Source: Callorhinchus milii (lineage: Eukaryota). Taken from it: a stretch of 64,000 nt of DNA. Position 1 is the first letter of the stretch. Every line of letters starts with the position of its first letter. Location of the stretch: positions 115,260,001 through 115,324,000 of the forward strand of contig NW_024704742.1 in assembly GCF_018977255.1 (NCBI RefSeq), in the 5' to 3' direction. This document shows positions 1 to 12,809 of the stretch, piece by piece. Below the pieces are notes generated by a model. The model made no database searches. It saw only the letters and a program-made list of their open reading frames with translations, and was not told the DNA's origin. Made by a program: the position numbers and the translations under genes.

Positions 1-665
1 CTCAATTCACCTTTAAACCTTTCATCCGGGCTCTGATCAAGTCCACTTTCCTCTTTCTCCACAACATCACTGCCTATGTCACTAGCTCGCCCCCTCCCCC
101 ACCCACCCACACACAGCCAAAACTCTTATCCACACCTTTATCACCTACAAAGGCACCTTTTCCAATGCTCTGCTTGCCAACTTCTCTTGCACCACCCTGC
201 ACAATCCAGAACACCACAGCCTGTATCCTCTCCCATATCTACCTCACAAGCCCATCATCTCCATACTAGCCCAGATCCACTGGTTCACTCTCCCCCAGCA
301 GATCAACTTGAAGATCCTCGTCCTTATCCTCAAATGTCACTTGGTGATCTCCTATAACCCCACTCCCCCAGCCTTTCCCTCCACTGCACCAACTCTGGTC
401 TGTTTCGTGCCCAATCTGCCACACCATTGGTGGGTGACCTTTCAGCTACTTTGTTCCTGCTCTCACTACCCAAATCCCTTCGATTTGCCCCTTCCCACTC
501 AACTTTCAAAACCCTTCCCAAAACTCTTTGACTGCATTCAATCACCTACCCCCATAACCCTCCTATCTCACTCCCAGCTTGGGTTCCTTACTCAGCCTTT
601 GTAAAGTATTTTGAGAAATCCTTATACTATATGAAGGCTTCTATATACGTGCAAACTGTTGTTGG
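1..665 (+). mobile_element. Degenerate L2-clade LINE 3' fragment
   Basis: Decayed similarity to the L2 ORF2 C-terminus and 3' tail seen in younger copies. Confidence 0.65.
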
Positions 666-967
666 TTTGTGTAACTCCAGTAAGCAGGTACATTGCTGAA
701 TGCCTCAATCAGGAATTGAAAGCTAAAAATTTGCTACACCAAATTTCTGTAGCACTGTTATTGATAAACATTGATTTATCAAAAATGTAGAATTGGTACT
801 AATATTTGAGTTTCTAAGATGTTTTGCTAACTTTAACCACTGGCTGTATGAGTCTTTTGCTTTGTGAAAATGAGCCCTGCAAAGTACAGAGTATATACAC
901 ACAAGAAATTTAAGATTAGTGGAAGCAACATGGCAAATAGACCGAGCATTAGCAGAACATAAGACAT

Positions 968-1088
968 AAAATAATAATAATAATAAGCCTTGAATTTGAT
1001 ATAGTGCATTTCACGTCTTCTAGACGTCTCAAAGCGCTTCACAGAATGTGCTGTAAAGTGAATTGACTATATATTTGTGGGCGAATAC
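968..1088 (-). mobile_element. SINE 3' tail fragment
   Basis: Matches the tail of full SINEs (gagacgtctagaagacgtgaa...attattat). Confidence 0.8.
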
Positions 1089-1154
1089 AAAGAAACTTCT
1101 GTTTCAAAGGTGAGCTGAATGGATTAGTATGCTAATATGTTATTTCCTTTCCAG

Positions 1155-1227
1155 GTTATTGCCAGAGTAGTGGATGCCAGCAGATTTGATGAGTTCAAAG
1201 CCTTTTATGGAGACACATTAATCACAG
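1155..1227 (+). CDS. MCCC2: Methylcrotonoyl-CoA carboxylase beta chain, exon equivalent to human exon 11 (gene starts upstream of window)
   Basis: tttccag|GTTATT...ACAG|gtacag; 73 nt; [24 protein letters not shown](G), recognisable MCCC2 carboxyltransferase sequence. Confidence 0.95.
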
Positions 1228-1571
1228 GTACAGTTTCTGGGTGAATATGGATCTAATTATTAAAAGATTAAAAGATGTATTTCTCTTTCAGAAGTTTAAA
1301 GAAAATTGCATAGCGATTATACTGAAGGTTATCTCTTACCTTTCTTGTCCATAATAAGGAAGTATATATTTTGGACGCTAATTAGCAGCTGAAACACTAT
1401 GTTTTGTTTTTGCAATTCAATCATGCTGCTTAGTGCCACACAAGAAACCAACACTTGCTACTTTGCTTTAGAAAGTTAGAGCAAGTTTGAAAGAGTGATT
1501 GAACGGCAAAGTGATAGTACAAATAGTGATTGATGTTGGGAAAAGCACCTGGAATGTAAAATGTGTCTCAT

Positions 1572-2705
1572 ACAACAACAACAAAATTTCATTTATAGAG
1601 CGTCTTTCATGTCGGGAGGACGTCCCAAAGCGCTGGACAGTTGGGTCGAGAACCGAGCAGGGGGTAAATGGTCACGGTGAAGGGAGGGAAAGGAGGGAGC
1701 GAGGAGGGGGTAGAGAGTCGAGAGGGGAGCTGAAGGCACGATTGAAGAGAAAGGTCTTGAGACCGGCCTTGAAGGAGGAAAGGGAGGAGGCAAGGCGAAG
1801 GCACTGAGGGATGGAGTTCCAGAGCCTCGGGGCTGAGAGGCTGAAGGCCCGGCCACCGATGGTAGGGCGGTTGGGGCGGGGGATGTGGAGCAGACCGGAG
1901 CCAGAGGAACGGAGGGTACAGGCAGGTAAGTAGGGGGATAGTAGGTCAGAGAGGTAGGAGGGTGCAAGGCCATGAATAGCCTTGTAGGTGAGGGTGAGGA
2001 TTTTGAATTCGATCCTCTGGGGGATGGGGAGCCAGTGGAGGCGAGCGAGGGTGGGAGTGATGTGGTCCCGAAGCCTGGTGCGGGACAGTACACGAGCTGC
2101 AGAGTTCTGAATGACCTGCAGCTTGTGGAGGGAGGTGCCGGGAAGGCCGGCGAGGAGAGAGTTCCCATAGTCCAGCCTTGAGGTGACAAAGGCGTGAACC
2201 AGGGTTTCAGCAGCGTGAGGGGTGAGGTAGTGCTGTAGTCTGGCGACATTCCGGAGGTGGTGGAAGGCAGTGCCAGTTGTGGCGCGGATATGGGGAAGAA
2301 AGGACAGCTCAGGGTCGAACAGAACCCCGAGGTTCCTGACTGGCTTTGAGAGGTGGAGAGTGCAGCCTTGGATGCTGATGCTGTCAGCGCCTGAGGTGCG
2401 GAGGCGCTGACGTGAGCCAATCAGGAGGGCCTCAGTTTTGCGTACGTTGAGCTGGAGAAAGTTATCTCTCATCCAGGACTCGATGTCGGACAGGCAGCTG
2501 TCAGGACATCGGTGGTTGTGGAGGTGAGGGTAGAGGAGGAAAGGTAGAGTTGGGTGTCATCCGCATACATGTGGAAGTTAACCCCATGTCTGCGGATGAT
2601 GTCACCGAGGGGGAGCATATAGAGGGTGAAGAGGAGGGGACCGAGGACAGAGCCCTGAGGGACACTGCATGAGACAGTGCGGGGGCTGGAGGACAAGCCG
2701 TTTGT
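1572..2705 (-). mobile_element. L2-clade LINE, 5'-truncated, young
   Basis: [16 protein letters not shown] and NLGVLFD...LHWLPI motifs (ORFs 2469-2753, 1672-2472, frameshifted); (TTG)n tail. Confidence 0.92.
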
Positions 2706-3549
2706 GGAAACAAAATGAATACAAGGAACTCCATATATATTACACCGACTCATGAGACCTTTGTTCTGATCTGAGATGCTCTGTGGGTCGGCATGCCATA
2801 TGTGGCATTCCTGCGCTTTTCACCCAAGGTTATTTTTGGCGGTACAGTTGTGCCATTCACTCTGTGGGGATTGCCCTTTGAACACCATTTAACCCCAACA
2901 CTGCTCGCTGCAAAAGCAGAGCTCTAGACTGAGGTGATCTGGATTGTACCTTGTGAATCATCATGATACACATGAGATTTTGTGAGTAAAATGCAACTTG
3001 CACTTCAAGGTGGTGTTTCCAACTGTGAGATGTCAGTAACACTTTCACTTTCGTGAGCCGCAAATCTAAATCTGATACTGTATACCTTGGGATACTCAAG
3101 GCAAGTTAGAGTGATGGGCATGTATTACCCTCGCTTGTGAGAGTATGTTATTGACATTTAGTTGAACCCTTTCAGATACTGGATATTATTAATATGATAT
3201 TGAAGACTTATAGTTTTAATAAAGAAATGCCTCTGTCTGTATGCCCAGGTCAAGTTATTGTGACATGTATTTGGATTCTGCGATTTGCAAACATCTATCT
3301 GACTTTGGTACATTGAACAATTCATCTTCAGTGCCTCTGTCAATTATGATTGAATTTACAATATTGTTTGATTAAATATAATCTGTGTGACCTTAGGAAA
3401 CTGAATAATTAATGTCCTGAAAGCAATAGTTCAAGTCTCCTGTTTTAAAAAAACTCCATTCTGGGCACATCTCTTGTAACCTGAACCTCTGGCTTATTTC
3501 CTGATTTCATCTCTCTTTAATTAGCTTCTTTTTCTTCAAATATTGAGGC

Positions 3550-3998
3550 AACTATAGTTAAACACCATTTTATCAATTTTGTCCACAAAATAAAAACCTG
3601 TATATTTTGGGGGATTTTCAAAAATTGGTTTTGTCCAAAAATGGCAGAAACAAAAATTGACCCCCCAAAACCTAGTTAAATTCAGTGAAAATCTTTCTCT
3701 GTCTCACACACTCTCTCTCTGAGTTTCTCTCTCTCTCTCTCTCTCTCACTCACTCACTCACTGAATATCTTTAATTTTCTGTCTCTTTCTATCACTTTTT
3801 CTGTCTTGCTCTCTGCACAAAAGTACAGAAAATAGCCAATTATTCACATTAATTGGCTAATTAAATTAAGGTTAAATTAATTGCCAAAGTTAAATTAACA
3901 GATTTTTACTGATTTATTCTGATTGACTTTCACCAAAGAAGTGGTTATTTTTCAACGATTTTTGTTTAAAAAACTGTAATGGGTCCTTAACTCTAGTT
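3550..3998. mobile_element. Putative MITE / non-autonomous DNA transposon containing a CT microsatellite
   Basis: Imperfect terminal inverted repeats aactatagttaaacaccatt / aatgggtccttaactctagtt; no TSD found. Confidence 0.4.
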
Positions 3999-3999
3999 A

Positions 4000-5058
4000 A
4001 TTCGCAAAGAACATACCATTATCAGGAATCTGAGTCTCATAAGACAACAGAGCGTTGGACTTGGACCTCGAGAACTTCAAGGTGGCAGGCACATCACAAG
4101 TTGTCCTGTAAAGGTCCTTCCACCACACTGAAGGCGGATGCCTGCCAGATAGCTGATGAGGAAACTCTGAGGCTTGAGGTGACAGCTGCTGGGAGGTGCT
4201 ATCTGGAGTCGGAGTTTGTGAACACACGTTCGTATGTCCAGTGCCTGGAATCCACCTTGATTGTCCTGCAGAGAGGTCAGCAGCTGCTGCTTAATCTCCG
4301 TACCTCCAGTTGGTGGAACCATCACTCAATGGGAGGGTATGTGTGCCCGAGCTGTGGACAGATGGCAATGCTTTCATGCATTTCCTGCTGAGTTGTGTTG
4401 TCCACCGGGAAGCTCACAGGGAGTTCCTGGTACCTACCATCCACCTAGTAAGGGCTCAAATCAGCACTTGTCCATTGTCAAACGAACAACTAGTGACTAT
4501 CCTCCTTGTGGGGCGAGGTAAGCAGGGTCTCCTTGTAGCTAAACTGACTCCAAGGTGACATGCTTGGTAACGGAATGTCGGAATCAAACCAGCCCTTTGT
4601 GGAGGTCTTGGAAGTCCAGTTCCTGAGCCAAGCAGGTCCACAGTATTCCAGGGCACTGCGGATGACAGTACAACCAGCCTGGTTCATTGGCAAGATTCGG
4701 AAAGACAGACCAGTCACTGGGGAGAGGGAATCGTCCATCTCAGCTCCTGTTAACCCTGCAAGCCAAAGCCCGAATAGCTGGGGTAGTGCTGGCTGGACAA
4801 GCAGCGGGAAATCTTGTCAGATAATGCATCAATGGAAAGCTATTTGGTTTTAGCTGGTTAGACTCCAGCAGTACTTTCTGGAACTAGGTAAGCAGGATGC
4901 ATCCCTCCAGGGAGAGAGTGTGCTTTCCATTCCAATAATCTATCTGTGGGATTTCCATGTGTAGGTTGGATGCATGGAATTCTCAGCTTGATTTGAATAC
5001 TCTTAAGCATGGTGATGGGTTTCCCCATGTGTCAGTCACCCGGCTAACCAAAAAAAAA
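4000..5058 (+). mobile_element. 3' fragment of a poly(A)-tailed non-LTR retrotransposon with CCHC zinc knuckle (clade undetermined)
   Basis: CPSCG...HFLLSC (frameshifted, ~4340-4400), long 3' UTR, A-tail; further copies share this end. Confidence 0.65.
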
Positions 5059-5080
5059 CACGGGTTGAAATTTTTTGTGT

Positions 5081-5234
5081 CCCACCAATTGTATTATAAT
5101 GCGGCTATCCCTGTATCTCAGTCTTTATACTGGTTAATATGTTTGTATGTTTCTTACCCCACCAATTGTATTATAATGCGGCTATCACTGTATCTCAGTC
5201 TTTATACTGGTTAATATGTTTGTATGTTTCTTAC
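5081..5234. repeat. 77-bp tandem duplication (2 copies)
   Basis: cccaccaattgtattataatgcggc...gtttcttac repeated, one substitution seen. Confidence 0.92.
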
Positions 5235-5257
5235 CCCCCCCACTTCAATATGTTCAG

Positions 5258-5334
5258 GGTTTGCAAGAATCTTTGGCTATCCAGTAGGCATCATTGGGAA
5301 CAACGGAGTCCTTTTCTCAGAATCTGCAAAAAAG
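5258..5334 (+). CDS. MCCC2: MCCC2 exon (human exon 12 equivalent)
   Basis: ttcag|GG...AAG|gtctgt; 77 nt; (G)[25 protein letters not shown]; phase continues from previous exon. Confidence 0.96.
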
Positions 5335-7789
5335 GTCTGTACACAACATTGGTTAACAAGCTGCTGCCTGAAGCACACTCTAGACATGGTTAAATAAGCT
5401 CTACATGAGAGGACTCTGATGTAGAATAGCAATGGCTTTAAATTACAGCCTCTCACTGCAGGATACTAATGTTTTAAAAGCAGCTGTCTTAGCTGAATGG
5501 AAAGCAGAACAGTTCAGCTGCCTTCATAGAAAATGAATAATGATCGTTGGGGGAGGGTAGTCAGGGGGTAATACTGCAGCTTCTTTCTAGATCCAACAAT
5601 ACAATAACAACTTACATTAGTGCCCTTCACATGGGGTAGCGTCTCACAGTGCTTGTCAAGAATGTGGTGAATGCTACTTCTAGTAGCATAAAATTTACTA
5701 ATGGAAATAAGTAGTGTATGTATTCAGGTGAGTATTGTAGGGACTTTAGTGTACAAAATATAGGTTGGGCTTTATATTCACGGACCAACCATTTCAAATC
5801 TTGCTGTAGAAATGAGGCACACCATGGGTCACACTTCCTATTTAATCAGGGTGTGTGAATTTTACTCAGGGTGAGTAAAATTGTGAACTGATCGCTTATT
5901 CTGGGGTTTCAGCTTTACTCTGGGGTTTCAGCCTGATACCGTCAAACTGAAAAGTGTCACAATTGGTAGATCCCAGCTATCAGCGGCTTCTCACTTCAGG
6001 TTCAACTCATCAATACATCTGGTGAATAATTACCCACTTTAAGGTTAATGACTTTCGTGGTTGTTGATGGATGTTTTTATTAAAATCAGTAGTTGTCATG
6101 CATCCACTAGTGAGTCATTTGATTAAATTTTGAGAACCGTGGTCATTCATGTGTTTTTCTGCCTACTTTTTTCACCTCCTCTCCTGGTAGTGACCTGCGC
6201 AAAGGTATGTTTCCACAGGTGTAACCCACTGGTAGTCCGCTCTAACGGCTAGTGCAGACAGTGATTGATGGCAGGCTATTCAATCACAAGGAAGGGGGCA
6301 GAAATCAGAACACTGTGCATCAGTCAAACCCATAGTAACATTATTTCATCCACAAAATACACAGTCAATCCACTTCACAATATACAATACAAAATTACAT
6401 TTTTATAGCGCCTTTCACGTCGGGAAGATGTTTATTATTATTATTATTATGTGCATGACACAGTTTCCCAAAGGATATTTTTGCTGATAACTCGAAGGTA
6501 GGTGTTAGTGAACAGGTAGAGAGGAGGAGAAAATTGGAGAGAGAGAGAGAGACAGGACTGGAGGATTTTTATATGCGATGGAGAATACTGGTGAAGTGAT
6601 AACAACAACTTACATTTATATAGTGCCGCTCACGCAGAGTAGCGTCTCAGAATGCTTGACAGCGGTGAAGGCTGATGCCGAGCCAAAGGATGGGGAGGGG
6701 GAGCTGACCGTAAGCATGGTCGAAGAGGAAGGTCTTCAGGCCCGTTCTGAAGATGGGGAAGGAGGGGGCAAGGCAGAGGGATTGAGAGAGAACGTTCCAG
6801 ATTGTCAGGGCATAATGGGTAATAATACAATTTAACTTAGTTCTAATACAATTTAACTTAGTTCTAAGTGTATTTTTTAGTAAAAGGATATCAATGGCAG
6901 CATTTACATATTATCTACGCAAAATTCACTTTAAATAAGGTGATGCTTTTAACAGGCATCACAGTTTACCTTTTGTTCTCTGTTCAACGTGCAGCCTTTT
7001 ATGCTGAAAATGTCACATAGCTTGAGTCAAAGTGTATGATTCATCACTAAGGAAAATTGTATTCCATTAGATATTCAAAGGTAGAAGGTTCAGCCATTAG
7101 AAGAAAAGAAAAAAGCAATATAGAATTGAGAATGGGGAGCAACATTGATGATGTTCAGTGTTGTCAGTCACAGTATGCATATCCACAGAGATCAATTACC
7201 TTATTCCTAAACACATTCAGTTACGTATTAAAAAACGCATATTTTGAAATTACTACCCCCATGACTCCGACTCAGTGGTAGCCTGAAGATTTCAATGAAA
7301 CCTCAATTGCAGTTTGAATGTGGAAGGCGCCGTCTGGGTTTTTCACTCTGATTGAGTTGGGTCAGTATCCCCAGTATAAATTCAGAAAGCTGTTCTTTGG
7401 TGCTGAAAACAATGTTTGCCATTAATTAATCAAGCCTTGAAGCGGGGGTGATGTGCAGCAATTTCAAAACACATTTTAATGCCATTCCTTAAAGAAAGTA
7501 AATAAGTTTGGGAATACCACAGTTTGACATTATTCCATTGCAATTATTTATTTTGAATTTGGCTGTGTGATTAGTCCTCTGGTGATTGCATTTTGCAACT
7601 TGACTTTCAGTTCATTGATTTATCCTTTTACTAGTCAGCTAGCATTTTGTGATCACTTTTCAGGACTTTTCAGATGCCTTGGAAGCGTGTATATGTGTGT
7701 ATGGAGAGGGGAAGGCCTAGTTCGTAATAGTAACAAAAATAACAATCTATTCATTGTGACAAATGAACGCAAAAGATTGGGGTAAACAA

Positions 7790-8177
7790 CATAAGAACTC
7801 ATGCATTGAAGGAGGCAAGAGAGGAAGCAAAACGAAGGGATTGTGGGATGGAGTTCCAAAGAGTGGGGGCAGAGAGGCTGGAAGCCCGGCCGCCAATGGT
7901 AGGGCGGGTTGGGCAGCAGACCTGGAGCAGGCCGGAGCCTGCTGAGCGGAGGGAGTGGACAGGTTGATAGGGGCTCAGCAGGTCAGAGATGTAGAAGGGG
8001 ACGAAGCCGCGGAAGGCCTTAAAAGTGAGGAGGAGGATTTTGAATTCTATCCTCTGAGGGATGGGGAGCCTGGTGCGGGAGGACACAAGCTGCAGATTTC
8101 TGGATGATCTGCAGCTTGGGTAGGGAAGAGTTGGGGAGGCCGACAAGGAAGGAGTTTCCGTAGTCGAGCCTTGAAGA
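7790..8177 (-). mobile_element. L2-clade LINE fragment
   Basis: LPIPQRIEFKILLLTFKA...APTLWNSIP (ORF 7799-8146). Confidence 0.85.
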
Positions 8178-9300
8178 TATTAAGATATTGCTGAGCAGTG
8201 AGAGTCTTTTAGGAAAAACGCTGGGAGCCCTCCGCTGGGAAGGCTAAGTTTGAATCAGAGCTCCATTGATGCTTATATATCCCCACTTCCTCTTATACAG
8301 AAGCGAAAGGGATGTCTTGCACCTGAATTTACCTGACGTGTTCCGAGGTGAATCGCACTGACCTGATGTAAGGCAGTTACTAGGGGAGGTAGGGCGTGCA
8401 CAGGGAAGGTGTTCTATGACCTTTGTGTTTAAGCAAGCCTTCTGGTGATTTTATAACAGAGTTGCCGTTGATATGTTTGTCGGGGTGATCATTCCCTTGT
8501 TGAGCAGGACAGACCTTAGGATGCTAATTGGGACAGGGCAAGAGAAAATAAGAGCTCCCCTTTTGTTCCAAATAAGTTGATTCGAAGATTTAAAGAATTA
8601 AAAATATTGCCGAAGCCTAGTTCCAGTCCTTGGGCGTCTACATGTTTCATGAAGTAATTTGTATATACTATATATATAAGTGTGTATATGCCTGTTTTGG
8701 GGTTACATCAACGATAACTTAAATTTATTTAGCTCCCTTCATGGGGGGCAGTGCTTGAAGCACTTAACAATAATAATAATCCTTACATTTGATATAGCAA
8801 CTTTTCATGTCGTTGTGACGCCTCAAAGCGTTTCCCAGATTATATTGTAAAGTGTATTGACTGTATTTTATGGGTGAAATGCATAGTTTGATGCCAAGCC
8901 AAGGAGAAAGTGGAGGTGACCTTAGGTACAGTCAAAGAAGAAATTCATCAGGTGAGATCTGAAGATGGATAAAGAGGAGCCAAGGTGGAGGGATTGTGAG
9001 CGAGTGTTCCAGACGTTCATTCTTACACTGTAAATCGTTTTGTGCACAATTAATACCTAATAGATGCTGACTTTATAAGATTGTCGTCTCTAAACTGAGC
9101 CTCCTTCCCTATTTTGGATGTTGTTTCTGATTTGGTTATATTGTATTTGGAAAGTGAAAAATAAACATTGTTTTATTATTATTAATTAAATATATATATT
9201 AATTATACTATAAAGAGGATTGACTGTATATTTTGTTAAAAAAATGTTGCTAATCTGTATAAAACGCATTGAATATCAATAGCCTGTCTCTTAATTCCAG

Positions 9301-9367
9301 GGAACCCACTTTATTGAGTTGTGCTGCCAGCGAAACATCCCCCTCATCTTTCTCCAGAATATCACAG
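9301..9367 (+). CDS. MCCC2: MCCC2 exon (human exon 13 equivalent)
   Basis: ttccag|GGA...ACAG|gtaaga; 67 nt; [22 protein letters not shown](G). Confidence 0.96.
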
Positions 9368-10642
9368 GTAAGAAAGGAAAAAGTCACTTTCCCGTCTTTT
9401 TACCATCAGATTGTGGCTCCTCTGATCATTCTCGACTGCCTCTGACCTCACATGTTGAGCAGGACAAGAGAGCTTAAAATGCCAGAATGGGTAGTGAGGA
9501 GGGAGAAAAGGAAGAGCCCCCCCAATTTTTGATTCCAACTAAGTTGACTCAAAGATTTGAAGAAGAAAAGAAAAGGAGGGTGAACAAACAGTTCAAGAGC
9601 AATATCACTCTCGTCATTTTAGACAGCAACAACAACTTGGATTTATATAGCGCCCTCCACGCCGGAGAAGAGAAGTAAACCTGGCTAATGTAATATTAAG
9701 ACATCACCAAAGACAAAGACGCACAGCTAAGAAGAAAGATGAAATTAGTTTTTATTTCAATATATTTTAATTCACTTTTTTTAAATAGGACTTATTAAAA
9801 ACAATGTTCACAGGACACTTTTGTGCTATTTCCTGTGCTATGACTCTGAGCTCAAATTCCTGACGTGGGGCTTGAACCTTTTGAGTCGGAGCCGAGTGCA
9901 ACCAACTGAGCCAGAGTGATGCCTGTAGATATAACATAAAAAAGTTCATCAGATTTGACCAATAAATCCGCTGGGACAGCCGGAAATATTTTTTTCCAGC
10001 AGCTTCTAATAACTATTTTAATTGTTAATCAGGTTGAAGGATCGATACGTGCCCAGAGGAAATACTTAATCCTGCAGTTTCCACACAATTAGAAACCTGC
10101 TTGAAATAATTGATGGACATTGAGTGATAGTGTGATGTATTTACGTGTCACAGAGCTTGGAAGCGAATGATATTGTGTTGAAGGTAACGGGGAGAGATAC
10201 TGAGTGTCGCAGGCTTTGAAATCTAGCCCAGACTGACAACATGACATCTCCTCTCTGATAGTTGCCAGGGTCTTAAGTAAAATGACTGTGGGATAGTTCC
10301 AATACAGTTCTTATGGAGGTGCAGCACTGTTTACAATATGAAACTAACTTGGCCATTTTGTTCGTATTGTACATGTGTGACACGTTTATGCTTGTAGCTA
10401 CAATTGATTTGAAAATTATAGTATAGTATATGGAAGCTCCTTTGAGATCCAATCAAGGAAGTCAACTTCTGAGGTTCACACAGCACAGTTTCAGGTGCTA
10501 ATGAGCTTGCTATTGAAATTGGTGTGATTCTCTTACCCCCACCCTCCACCCCCCACCCCAGGAACTGGGGGAAACTTGGAATTCCATTATTGCAAACCAT
10601 GGCAAGTATATGCCTGCAAGAGTTTTGATAAATAAAAAAAAA

Positions 10643-12471
10643 TTATAAATATATAAAGAGGAAGAGGCTGTCAAAGGTAAATGTGGGTCCGCTACAGGCA
10701 GAGACGGGGGGAATTATAGTAGGGGACAAAGATGTGACAGAGTCATTAAACAAGTACTTTGCTACTGTCTTCACCTTAGAAGACACTGAAAACCTACCAA
10801 GAATAGAGGGGAACCAAGAAAAAAATGTTAGCGAGAAACTTGGGGGAATTAATATTATTAAAGAAATGGTTTTAGGTAAATTATCAGGTCTTAAAACTGA
10901 TAAATCTCCTGGACCCGATGGCCTACATCCTAGGGTTTTAAAAGAGGTGGCTACTGAGATAGTGGATGGCTTGTCTTTGATCTTCCAAAGTTCTCTGGAT
11001 TCTGGAATGGTTCCCATTGATTGGAAGATTGCAAACGTAACAACACTATGTAAGAAGGGTGGGAGAGAAAAGATGGGGAGCTATAGACCAGTTAGTCTGA
11101 CATCAGTGGTAGAGAAAATTCTTGCGTCCTAATTAAAGATGTCGTTATGGGATTCCTGGAAGACCATAACAAGTTTAGGCAGAGTCAATATGGTTTTACA
11201 AAAGGGAAGTCATGCTTAACTAGTCTTTTAGAGTTTTTTTTAAGATGTATCTAGCAGGTTAGATAAGGGGGAACCAGTAGATGTAGCATATTTAGATTTT
11301 AAAAAGGCATTTGACAAAGTGCCACACAAAAGGCTATTGGACAAGGTTAAGGCCCATGGGATTAATGGGAACATATTAGCATGGATTGAAGAGTAGCTAA
11401 CGGGTAGAAAACAGAGAGAGTAGGGATAAACGGGTCATTCTCGAATTGGCAGGATGTGACTAGTGGAATGCCACAAGGATCAGTGCTTGGGCCTCAGCTA
11501 TTTACAATTTACATCAATGATCTAGACGAGGACATTGAATGTAACGTATTTAAATTTGCAGATGACATTAAAATAGGTGGGAGAGTAAGCTCTGAGGATG
11601 ATGCAAAAAGATTGCAACGGCATATAGACAGGCTAGGGGAGTGGGCGAGTAGGTGGCAGATGGAATTTAATGTGGGGAAGTGTGAAGTTATTCACCTAGG
11701 TAGAAAAAATAGAAAAACAGATTATTTTCTAGAGGGGAAGAGGTTAGATAGTGTTAGTGTTCAGAGGGATTTGGGTGTCCTTGTACACCAGTCTCAAAAA
11801 GTTAAGTTTGCAGGTGCAGCAAGCAACTAAGAAGGCGAACGGCATGTTAGCATTCATTGCAAAAGGTTTAGAGTACAAGAGTGGGAAGTCTTGCTGCAAC
11901 TGTATAGGGCCTTGGTGAGACCGCACCTAGAATATTGTGTGCAGTTTTGGTTTCCTTATTTAAAAAAGGACATAGTTGCCCTAGAAGGGGTGCAGCGTAG
12001 ATTCACTCGGTTAGTTCCTGGGATGAGGGTCACTGACCTATGAGGATAGGCTGAATAAACTAGGGCTATATTCTCTAGAGTACAGAAGAATTAGGGGAGC
12101 TCTTATTACAACATATAAGATTCTTAAAGGGCTGGATAAAGTAGACACTGAGGGTCTGTTTCCCCTGGTAGGAGAATCTATAACCAGAGGTCACAGTCTT
12201 AAGAACAGAGTTGAGGAAACATTTCTTCACTCAGAGGGTAGTGAATTTATGGAATTCACTACCCCAGAAGGCTGTAGATGCTCAGTCCTTGAACATCTTC
12301 AAGGCTGAGACTGATAGATGTTTAAAAAATAGAGGGATTAGGGGATATGGGGATAGGGCAGGTAATTAGAGTTAGGTCTGAAGATCAGCCATGATCTTAT
12401 CGAATGGCGGGGCAGACTCGAGGGGCCGAATGGCTACTCCTGCTCCTAATTCTTATGTTCTTATGCTCTTA
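10643..12471 (+). mobile_element. CR1 LINE, 5'-truncated, disrupted ORF2
   Basis: [18 protein letters not shown] and FADD motifs with stops and frameshifts; (TTCTTATG)n tail; same family as 42525-45970. Confidence 0.95.
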
Positions 12472-12514
12472 TTTAGCAACCCTGGTCTGAGGAATAGCCC
12501 CAGTGTGTGTAGGA

Positions 12515-12660
12515 TTTTTTTTGTCAGCAGGGTGCCTTAGTACATGTGGAAACACATCCCTATGCTTAAGAATACACAAACCAGACAAAACTAGAATCCT
12601 ACCTTTTACCTATGGAAATGTCTCTGTCTGAGATGGAATGCGCACTCTCTCCCTGGAGGG
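12515..12660 (-). mobile_element. 3' end of the poly(A)-tailed LINE family
   Basis: Reverse-complement similarity to 4905-5058, preceded by a T-run. Confidence 0.65.
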
Positions 12661-12809
12661 AACCGAGTGAGAAGTCGAACCTGGTTTTATATGAAATATC
12701 TGTAAAGAAACATATTGTTCCCAGTGTGTGTAAAATTGAGGTATATTAAACTATTCTGCCTTTTATTTTGATCAGGCAGGTGTTAGACTCATGTAGAAAT
12801 GGAATCACC

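Noticed and set aside
1593..2420. 275-aa Ser/Pro-rich ORF and similar ORFs at 41695 and 63570
   Set aside because: Alternative reading frames of C-rich L2 sequence
4490..4738. Minus-strand VIRSALEYCGPAW resembling an RT thumb motif
   Set aside because: A-tail, truncation pattern and CCHC motif orient the element on the + strand; treated as coincidence or a captured fragment
6823..6867. 21-bp tandem duplication (taatacaatttaacttagttc x2)
   Set aside because: Ordinary slippage duplication with no sign of function
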